A DNA stretch of 64,000 nucleotides, taken from contig NC_087436.1 of assembly GCF_036321535.1 (NCBI RefSeq), positions 96,846,001-96,910,000 on the forward strand, read 5' to 3'. A program made the translations under genes and the position numbers. Origin of the DNA: Camelus dromedarius (Eukaryota). This document shows, piece after piece, positions 53,581 to 64,000 of the stretch. Position 1 is the stretch's first letter, and every line of letters begins with the position of its first letter. The notes under the pieces were generated by a model, which had not been told where the DNA came from, made no database searches, and saw nothing but the letters and a program-made list of their open reading frames with translations.

Positions 53581-54689
53581 TTTTAAATATTTCCTCCTGT
53601 GTAAAGGTTTTTCTTTACACAGCCTGGATAACTGTATATACAGCCCTCTCTAGAACCACTGGGAGGGGGCTAACGAGGTGGGATAGAGAACAGGGTCCAG
53701 GATATAAATTAATACATGATAAATTCTGAATGTGATTAACATATTAAGTTTCAGTATATGAAAATGTATCCCTCAGAAAGTTACTTGGTATCATCTGACA
53801 TAATCTGGATTATTACTGCCTATGAAACAGTAAGTTTAATGAAATTCTTAGTGCTCAACCACCACACTGAGTTCCATGGTTTACTGCCTGTAGAATTTCC
53901 TCAGCAAGAGGAGTGGGTCCTATAGGTGCTATAGAAATATATTGGATACGCTACAAAAAGGATTAAACTGAAAAATATTTAGTTGATATTAAACAGTTAC
54001 TAAGTTCTTTTATTTTAAAGAAGCAAATACTTGAAAGTTTATAAGTTTGCTAGGATTTTAGTACATATATTAATATGTGTATCATGAACTGTAAAAGTAA
54101 AGGCATTGTAGAATTGTGTTGTGTAGCTATCTCACCCTTTCTTATGGTGATACCACTATAAGTAAAGTGAAAGTAGAGAACTTAACTACATTTGCCCAGT
54201 GCAGTTATTTGAAATATTTAAAAAATTCTCTACTTTTTATAATATATTCTGAAACTGAAAGGATAAGCATTTGTGATTCATAATATGATGTCTGCTTCCC
54301 AAAGTAACAGAAAAAAATTCAGATCTCTTGAAATTTCAAATGAGAAAAATAAAATAATCTTGCCTTTATGTATATCATTCAGTTATTCTGAGTGCTTAAA
54401 ATTGTTGTGTCAAATATTCCATCATCTTCCCAATTTAACTTTTTCTTGTTATGCTCACAACATTTTATAGTATGTTCCTGAAAACTTAGGAAGGAAGAAT
54501 CTACCCAATGAGAGTTTATTGAGATACTTCTGCATTTAATGCTTTGCATTGGATGCTACTCAGACAATACAAGTTTTAGTTAAAGCACATACTGTTGATA
54601 ATGCATTCAACAAAAAGCAAGCACTGATTTCTTGTGTTAACTGAAACTGACTTCCAGTATTCTAATTCGGGAAATTAATATGATGGTAG

Positions 54690-55230
54690 AATTGCTGATC
54701 AATAGAGAGAATACTGGAGCAGGCACAAGTTTAAAAGGGAAAAAAATGATGAATCCCTATCTAGTAGACAAGGTACCTAACAGACAAATGGGTAGGTTAG
54801 TGGAGAGATGAAAGCAGGTGATAGAAACTGAAGGATCAGTAACATATTAGTGATCTTGGTTATCAGGGAAATCATCATAATGGCTGAGATTACCTAAGAA
54901 TGCAATATCAAGAGTGTAAGGAAAGTAGCCAAAGAAATAAACGTGAGTAATACCAACACTTAAAAGATAAAGAGCCTATGGAGGGGAATAGATTACTTGG
55001 TTAAAGAATGAAAGGAAAATATGGTACCCAGTGGAGGATTTTAAGGAGGGAATGCAGAATTGCAAAATAAAATAAAATAACTAAACAATACCCACTAGAT
55101 TTGGCCATTAGATCATTGGAGAACGTAACAAGACTAAATCAAAGTGCTGTTATATAATACTGACTGCACTGGGTTGACAGGTAAATGGGAGATAAGAAAG
55201 TTATTAAGTATAGATTACTCATCTGAAATG
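54690..55230 (-). mobile_element. Degenerate L2 fragments
   Basis: Purine-rich L2-like motifs ('gagaatactggagcaggcacaagttt', 'cactagatttggccattagatcattgg'). Confidence 0.4.
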
Positions 55231-55467
55231 TGAAGATAATAAAGAAATAAATGAAAGAATCAAAATATAGTAGTAGAAAAATTAAGCAAATTGAAAGGAA
55301 AGTGTAAGTAGAAAGACAGTGAAGAAAGAAGAAAAAAAGTCACTGATTAGCAATGTTCTAGGTGGAGATGAGAGAAAATGAGATCCTGGTCACGCTTGAA
55401 GGGAAAGTGCTACGGAGGAGGAGGGATTAACCTATCAGTCAGACTGGACAAAACAGCCTAAGGAGAG

Positions 55468-55837
55468 TGTATTAGGTTGCTAGCACTGCCATAACAAAGT
55501 ACCGCCTACTGGGTGGCTTAAACAGTAGAAATTTATTTTCTCACTGTTCTGGAAACTCAAAGTCTGAGATCAAGGTGTAAGAGGGTTGGTCTCTCCTGAG
55601 GCCTCTCTCCTTGGCTTACAGACAACCATCTCCTCCCTATGTCCTCACATGGTCCCCTCTGTACACAGCTATGTCCGTATTTCCTCTTCTTATAAGGATA
55701 CTAGTAATGACCTCACTTTAAATTAATTACCTCTTTAAAGACCTTATCTCCAAATACAGTCACATTCTGTGGTACTAGGTGTTAGGAATTCAACATGTGA
55801 ATTTGAAGGAAAGGGGACAAAATTCAGTCCATAAGAG
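55468..55837 (-). mobile_element. MLT1B/C-like MaLR LTR
   Basis: 'tgtattaggttgctagcactgccataacaaagtacc...gggtggcttaaacagtagaaatttattttctcac...caaatacagtcacattctg'. Confidence 0.8.
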
Positions 55838-55970
55838 ATGGGTGCATGCATTTAATAATTAAAGGCGAAATCGAATGTCTAACCAAGCTTTTAACATACA
55901 TTATTAAGTATACTTCTGAAGTGCAGTTTTGATAATAAGAATTATATGAGCAGAAGAGTGGAAAGGGGCT

Positions 55971-56335
55971 TGTCATACTCAGTTTGGGCTGCTTTAACAA
56001 AGTACCATAGACTGGATGTCTTAAAACAAAAATTTATTTCTAACAGTTTAAGAAGCTGGAAGTCCAAGATCAGGATGCCAGCCTGGTCAGGGTGGGTTCT
56101 GGTGAGACCTCTTCTCCTGATTTACAGACATCTGTCTTCTTGGTGTATTTTCACATGGCAGAGAGAAAGATCATTTCTCTCTTTGATTAAAGTCACTAAT
56201 CCCATTCATGAAGGCTTCATCCTCTTAAACTAATTCCGTTTCAAAGGCCCCAGCTCCAAACATCATCACCTTGGAAGTTAAGATTTCAGGGTATGAATTT
56301 GGGTGTTACGGGGACACAAGCATTCAGTCCAGAGT
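55971..56335 (-). mobile_element. MLT1A-like MaLR LTR
   Basis: 'cagtttgggctgctttaacaaagtaccatagactgg...gctggaagtccaagatcagg...cactaatcccattcatga...cattcagtcc'. Confidence 0.8.
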
Positions 56336-59179
56336 ATAGATCCTGTGACAAAGGAATATTCAAAATAGAGTGTCAGCATTTATAGGGCACAGGAGATTAG
56401 ACCTTGCTGAAATCTCTGTATTTCTATTTTCAACCATATTTTCAAATCCACTTTCTGGCCACAGAGAATGATTGTCATTGGAAGTAATGCTTTAGAGAGC
56501 ATGGTGTTGAGTTATTGACAAATTGTTTTTAAGTTGTAAGGTGCAAATGCTGGAATATTCTGCTGTATCTGAGGAACTATCTCTTCCTCTTATATCATCT
56601 TAAATTTTTGAAAAAAAGTTGCGGAGAAAAATATATATACTTGGTCTTTTATGAATTTCTAGATATTAGAAAATATAACTAGAAGGCAGAGAATTTTTAA
56701 GGATTGATTGGTAATACATAGTTTTGTCAAAGAATAAATAGATGCACACAATTGTGGAGGACAGTATTTTAGAAAAAGATTGAATCAGTCAAAGAAATAG
56801 AATTTCAAAATATTTGCTTTTTCCTGCTTATATTTCCATGAAATGTTTCAAGTGAAATGTTTCTTTGGTATCATAAATCTCTTCAAACATTGTGTAAATT
56901 GGTTCTAAAATTCATTTTTATTTAAGTCATTTTATGTAAGTCACTTAAGCTCTGCTGAGAAGTTCCTAGAAGAGATCATGCACATCCTCAATATTAGGGG
57001 TAGAAAATAAGCAATTTAAAATTTGTAGTAACCAAAGCAATATTCAAAGTATTTGTGATAACAGTTAAAATGTATTAAACTCTTTGTCTTTTAAAATCAG
57101 CTACATATTTCTTAAATCCACTAGGACATTTATTCCATAAAGGCTGAGGTTCTACTCTTCAGTTTACAGCTAATTCTCATTGCTAGAACAGTTCCTGGCA
57201 TCCAGTAGTCATTCGATAAATATTAGTTTAATAAATATTTTCAAAGAAAATGGAGCTACTGGGCAATGACTTAGAATTTTTTTTTTTTTTTTGGTACTGA
57301 CTTGGAATTATTATTAATTTAATCATGAATTTAGCCAGAAAGCAATGCTGCCTTAGTACTGGGATATAGGAGAATTTCTCCCTATATTCAGTGGCACCAG
57401 ATTGCAAATTTTTATCTTTAGTAACTGGAATTTTGTCTGCCTGTTTGTTTTGTTTTATCCCTTTCTCCACCATTAGATATCAGTTCTTGATGTTCTTAGG
57501 TAGGGTACCTTCCTGGCAATGTCAATAATGATCTTTGCTGTCTTATAAAATCACTTCTTTCAGAAGCCTTAACAGCAGGAACTGTGCCTTTTCCCTCCTC
57601 TGTGCCTGGGGAGAAGCCCAATCACTGGTTTATAGCAGACAATTCTTAAGCACATTTGAGTTAATTAACAAGTGTATCTTTGGAGAACAAAGACTACCAG
57701 ATTCAGTGTTTCTTGCTTTCATTTAAGGAAGTCACTTGATATTTTCTATTTGTTTTGTATCATTTCCCAAAAGGCATTATTTTTCCTTATAAATTTGTAG
57801 ATTTTATGCATCTTAAAGAATGAGGGAGGAAAACCTCTTTTTTCTATCAACAAATGAAGCTATTTTAAAACATTCCTGCATAAAATGGAGTTACATTTAC
57901 AATGATTCTTTCTTTAGAATTGGCCCAGAGAAAATCACACATAATCCTTGTTTTGATCAAATGCATTTTATGAAAGAGTAATAACTAGACATACAACCAC
58001 TGAGAAAAAGTTGCCTTCTCAGCCTAGAAAAGGCATATTTCTTTATTGATAGGCGTTTTAATTTGATAAAATTCTGTTTTGTGAAAATGAAAATCTGTGT
58101 ATGAAATTATAGTGATGAATTAGGTAATTTTAAAGTATCAACCCATTGTAACATATTTTAAATATTGGCTAATGGCTACTTAAATCAGTCACAGTGCAAT
58201 ATCTCCCTTCTCATGGGTGTATTCCAGAAAATGTATAGTTAAAAAATCACATACATAGACAAGGATCAGGATAACACTAAAACAATTATGCCTCAATAAA
58301 AAATAAATTATCAATAAATTATAACAAAATTATCTGAATCAAAGTAGACCTTTTTTCTGAAAAAAAATTTTAAAAACTAAATTTCCATGCAAAACATACA
58401 ATGTCAAGTGCAAATTTTAACAAATTTTAAATCCATTTTGGAGTCTTTTATTTTAAGAGATTTGCTATTTTTTAATTTAATTGCCTTCATAATGAATTTT
58501 AAAAGGTATGATCTTGTTTTTTAATTTTTTCTTTCTTATATTTCACCAACATTATTCTGCTTGGTTTTCTGGAAGGTTTTCATTGTTTGTTTAGCAGACT
58601 ATAATTCTAACTTAGACTATTTAGGAGTATCTATTCCAAATTGAACAAATTAACAGCTTAGGAAAAAGTACTGCCATGTAACTGTATGTTGTACCCTGAA
58701 CTGTACACAGTAATTATTGAAACAGTTAAATAGCACATGTAGTATATATGAATTGTTCCTTTTAGTTCCAAATGAGAGCAATTTCACTGAGCTAGCTTAG
58801 AAACAATCCCCCAAACAGAAACTATTCTAATCATACTGGGAGAATCCCTCTGAAGCCAAAGAAAAATCTAAGCCATCTTACTCTTTGTGGGAGGTGCTTC
58901 AGAGACCTCAATAGCAGAACTTTTGGAACTTCCAACCAGAACTGTGTTGACATGTGTCAGCTCCCAACTCTTCACCTGTCCTACCTCTCAGATTAAATTC
59001 TTGAACACAGACACACAGACATGCATGTGCAATGGAGGGAGGAGTGAGAGAGAGAAAAATGGAGATTTGAATGGTTCGAATTACTCCTCTGTTCGTATCT
59101 CTGCTGGTAAACTCTTGTCCTGGGCCAGATCACAGAATGAAAACACAGTGGCCTGGTATTAACAACGAAGATCTCTCAG

Positions 59180-59400
59180 CCACTTAGTGTGTCCTGGGCA
59201 CTATTCCAGGCACTTTATATGTATGATCTTGCATAAGCCTCTCAATGAGCCTAGAATTGCTTTACTAATACATCATTTTATATAAGAAGAAACTGAAAAA
59301 CAGGTACAGTAAGAAAATTGCCCAAAGTTACATAGTTTTTAAGAGCTTTTACTTTAACAAAAACTACCTGATTCCAGAGACCATGTCTGAGGTACTACAT
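59180..59400 (-). mobile_element. MIR fragment
   Basis: 'tgtgtcctgggcactattccaggcactttatatgtat...cattttatataagaagaaactga...ttgcccaaagttacatag'. Confidence 0.65.
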
Positions 59401-61654
59401 ACTACTGAATATAATTGGGGGGGAGCACAATTGGCATAAGAAGTGAGTTAAGCATATGCCATCATAAGCATCTATTAAAATGTCCTTTATCACTCAGGAA
59501 ACTGAGAAGCAAAACCTCAGATTCACAGAACACTTCATGTTAATCTATGATGACCTTGGCGATTTCCAATAATTGTGCATTTCAGATAGTGCTGGGTTAA
59601 TATCCTCATTGTACAAATGAAGCAACTGAGTCTCAGAATGATTGTTTGATCAAAAATGGCCACAATATTAATGCAGGGTAGAACTTAGAGTAGGATACTC
59701 AGGACCCTTTAGGAAAATCTTCTGTCCAGTTCATCCCACTAGCGGGTCAACATGACGTATCCCTCTACTGGGAACCACTCAAGCACTTTACCTAAGCTTT
59801 CTTTCCAAATGACAGATTTATTTATTTTTTTCTTTTGACAAGTGCTTCTCTAGTTTGTTTATAAAATTAGGGAAAAAATCTTAAATATATGAAAGAATGA
59901 GCACTTGACACATTAATTAAAAAGAAAACTTTCATTTCTCAGGTTGCTTGATATAGATTTATGTACATTCAGTCAGAAGGCTTTTGTCTGAAAAACACGA
60001 AATTTTATTTTTAGACCAAGTTATGAAGAAATGAATATTATAATGCTACTGTAGATGTCCTACACTCTCTTTCCCAAGCTGAAATATTTGTTTCCTGTCC
60101 GACAGACTGTCTCATATTCACCAGGTCAGTCTGTAAATAGTGAAAGTGAAACTCATACCTTACTGTGGGCATTGGAAAGATCGCCTAAGTGTAGCCCCAG
60201 CTGAATGACCATAAAGTGTGGGAGAAAGTAAAGGGTGAAATTACAGGTTGAAAGAAAGAAGAAAGTATTGGAAGAAAGAAGAAATGCTTAGTAGTACACA
60301 GTGTTTGTTTCAGAGCTTAGAACCCTGATGTGTTAACATCTTCTAATTGCGCCCCAAAGGAGAAAAGTCTTTAGGGAGAACATGCAGGAACCCCTTCCAC
60401 TAAATAACAATCCAGCTGTGGGTCACAAATAGAACTACTTTTATGTCTGTGTGACTTAAAGTAAATTTAAAAGAGGTTGAGGAGAGGATATTCTCCACAT
60501 TTATACTGGACCCAGCTTATCTTTGAAGAATCTAAGAGAACATACATCTGATGGATTCAAAAATATACACTTGATGGATGCTACATATCAGTAGCAGCTG
60601 GGGCCATCATTCGGGTGGTAAAGGCAGTAGCAGGACATTGTTACCAAGAAAACACAGTGAGAAGATTGATGAGACACCTAAACCTGTCGTGTGGGCATTC
60701 CCAGTATGACTGTGTGTCTGAAGTTCCTGCTTGACAGATGAGATCACCAGCCTCTTCCACATCAATTTTATATAAAGTTATTTGTGCTTTACAGATTTCC
60801 TCATGTATTCTCTTAAACCACTCCAGAATTTTTATACTCAATGTTGAGTAATTTATCTCATTCATAAAAAAAGTCATGTTACCTAACTGATAAAGATTAA
60901 CATTCAGGAATTTTATAGCTTTAAGGGCCTGGTATGTTGCATAACTCTTGGGGACATTTATGTCAAAATATGGTCTCTAAGTTATATTCCAAGGAACAAT
61001 TATCCAGCCAACCCCATTCTTACTTATCATGCACTGTGTGGTCCTAAAACTATGTGATTAAATCTAGGAAAATGAAACATTAGTTCTGAAATTGAAATGT
61101 TGACAGTTATCTTTCTTATTACAATCTTTGCAGTTTCAGATTAATGATACAGTTAATAATATCTTTGTGTGGAAGAAAGGATTATTGCAGAAGGGTTCTT
61201 GTGAAGGTTATATGTATTATTTTTTAATGCTTCTCAGCCCTTCAGAGCTCTCCTGGCAACCACTGTAATATAAAATATGGATTTCACAAACAAAAGCAGA
61301 AGCTGAAACTCATTAATTTTTTTCCTTTTTGTATTAGTTCTGCCAAGTCCTTGAAGCTTGCTATAGGAGGAAAAAAAAAAAAAAAAACTATGTGCTTTTT
61401 CTTGTAAAAGCTATCAATTCAGTCCATCTACTTGAAGACCATTATTACTACACGGAAAGTTTCCTCATGGGATGAAAGGTGAAACTAATGTCAGATCATA
61501 ATTTAAAATCACTTTAAATAGGTCGGTGGTGCTGAGGAGTGAAAGAGCCAAAGTTTAGAAAAGTTCAATTGCTAAAGAATTTTGTTCCTTAAACTCTTGC
61601 TAAAAACTTGAGTACATATCTCATTTTTTATTTATTGTTTTTTTGGTCTCATTA

Positions 61655-61910
61655 AGATTTTATTCATTGATTCATTCATTCTTCCATTTATTCTTACTTT
61701 CTGCAAATATCAATTAAATGTCTTCTACATGCTAACTCTATGCCGGATGCTACAAAAGCAAAGAAGACAAGCATTTAACCATAAGGAGCTCAGAATTTAG
61801 GGTGGTAGACAGGTAGGCATAAATAATAAATGAGTAATGTGATTATTTTTAGGACTGATGGAAAAAGTACTAACCCAACTCAGAAGAACCAAAAAAGTAC
61901 GCCTTGAAAG
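61655..61910 (-). mobile_element. L2 3' fragment
   Basis: (attc)n tail 'ttattcattgattcattcattc' followed by 'aaatatcaattaaatgtcttctacatgc...taaggagctcaga'. Confidence 0.55.
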
Positions 61911-63301
61911 TGGAGGCAGATTTTACTATATCGTAACAAAGGAGCCATAAAAGTTTCTCTTTGCTTATATCCAACTATCATCTTCATCCAAAGTGTATAG
62001 TAGTATAGACACTCAGAGTAGGTATAAGGGAGTTGTCAGAGTTTAGAACAAACTAAAAAGTCTTAAAAGTTTCCTTAAGTCTTTGAAGAAGGTCATATTT
62101 GAGATTATCATAATGAGAGAAATTCAACATACTTCCCATGCCCCATATTATGATCCTTCAGTTAGATAGAGAGCAATGGTCTAGTCATTAACATTCATAA
62201 TTTTTAAAGAATTACTTCACATGCATTCATTTAATAAACATTTAATGAATGCCAAGTACCATGCTAAATGTTGAAGATGTCATTTTGGAATTTAACTTGG
62301 CAGGAGCTTCATGATTTGTCATTACAGAGGGAAAAAATGAATCCCTCCAAGATAATTGAATTTAAAGCATAGAAAACTCATCTGTGATTTTTGTCATACA
62401 GATGACAGTTCCTAAAGATCAAATTGAATTCTCTACTATTTACTACTCACTGTGCCTACATAATATTTCTCCCCAAACCTCATGGTTATGTAAGTAGGAT
62501 ATTTAAGCTTTTAGGTCTTTATAGACTCCTGAACTTTATAGACTTTCTTCCCTAAGAGATTTCATGTTTCCACTGTCACTTCTTCTAGACAAATAAGATC
62601 CTGAGTTGACTGGCTTTTTTGACAGGTGGGGAGAAATTTGCTCTCTGGGTCTGGGTAGAAACAGGTAAAGGAGAACAGAGAGGAAATCTTCTAGGTTCTA
62701 AATGGTTCCAGATGTCAAGAAAAGGATGGTATGATCTTCCATAAAATACACAGAGTTGACATAAACCAAAGAACTGGTCCAGCAGGAGACCCCAGGACAG
62801 GTCTGGCCTCGGCAGTAGTTTTTAGGTTTTCAGGAACTTATGATAGTCTCTTTTCATTATTTATTCCTGTTTTGCCTTATGAAAGTCAATTCTAGTTTCA
62901 ACTGGGCTGTGGAAGTTGGAGATGAGAAAATGCCCATATACTGATTTTCTATCCTAGACACCAGGTGGAGGCAGCATGGTAGCATGGTTGAAGAGCAGAG
63001 AGGCCATCTCATCAGCCTCATTAGAAGCTGAGGTTAGGCCACTGCAGCAAGTTTTGTAGAATGGAGTGAAGTGATGTGAGGAAACTTCATTCTGAACACA
63101 GTTGAGGCCCTGGTCAAGGCCTCTTGTTAAAATGGTCAGGAGGTACGTTGGGGGTTGGGTTATCTTAAATCTAGCTCATTTGGCTTAGCCATTATAATTC
63201 TGAAGTAAAATTAAGTGCTGTGATAGTTTGTAGTACCAGGTTAAAGTCCTGGGATATATGATTCCTCAGATAATTTCTACTTGTTTTACTTGGTAAGTTT
63301 T

Positions 63302-63375
63302 TGCACAGCACAACTGTAGAAGGTGCCATTTACATTGTAGCTTGTTCAAATGGTGCCCTCTGGAGTTGTGCAGAG
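63302..63375. mobile_element. MER91A-like palindromic MITE core
   Basis: Imperfect hairpin 'gcacaactgtagaaggtgccattt...aaatggtgccctctggagttgtgc'. Confidence 0.6.
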
Positions 63376-64000
63376 TACTCTCTGCGTAGATCTATTCAGT
63401 GACCTTGTCAAGTAGCAGTGTTTGGTTTCTAGCTTCATGTGCATCCATTCTTTATGTGCAGGAGTTAATTTAATGCATGATATATCTTATTTTTAATGTT
63501 CTTGGGAACCATCTCTATTCTGTTGCTTAATTTCCTATTCTACTATTGACAATCTGTCTTCACAGCCATACAGAGCTGTTACAAACACAAATCACTTATT
63601 TTAAAAAGCATCATTGACATATGCAATTCAAATTAAGTCTCCATTTTGCCAGTGTTTTTATTTCATGGGAAATTTGATTTCTATTTCTATTTTCCATTTT
63701 CTATCCTTCATCATCTTCTGATAGCACTGAAGTGCCTAAAGAAGTAGGCAAAAGTTTTGTTCCAACTTTACTTGCTGATTATAAAGAAAATAGTTAAGCC
63801 CTATACATTTCACAGTTTTGCAGAAGGGCTAATAGTTTATCAAGTCTGAAAATTTGTCACCAGAATGTTGGAACTGTCTTGGGGAACCTACCTTCATTCA
63901 AATTGGAAATATACTATTTTATACTAATATATGCTATATACTTAGAATTAGACGTTTCTTTTTTTTACTTCTTACTAGTGAATGTGGTTGGTTTTATGAT

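Noticed and set aside
60641..60877. Minus-strand ORF in unique-looking sequence (WFKRIHEEICK...)
   Set aside because: I recognise no homology and see no convincing splice sites; BLASTX would be needed to rescue it.

Overview
AT-rich eutherian mammal genomic DNA dominated by interspersed repeats: L1 (roughly 30% of the window by my boundary estimates), MaLR/ERV solo LTRs, MIR, L2 and MER20/MER91 DNA-transposon relics. A short young L1 3' end resembles camelid L1s as I recall them, so the host is tentatively a camelid. I find no intact protein-coding gene; nearly all listed ORFs are L1 debris or chance. The one gene-derived locus is a minus-strand, frameshifted cTAGE5/MIA2-like coding sequence (39373-40079). 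It lies inside an apparent ~3.5 kb L1-mediated retro-insertion (20-bp TSD, AATAAA, TT/AAAA site) that retains a splice acceptor and ~1.4 kb of intron-like sequence. Other notable structures: a tailless tRNA-Ile 5'-half retroposon with a perfect 19-bp TSD on an L1 twin-priming junction, an L1 with both ends but almost no ORF2, and nested insertions with readable TSDs. Repeat family names come from recalled consensus motifs, not database searches, and boundaries of old repeats are approximate. I see no evidence of a new multi-gene system.
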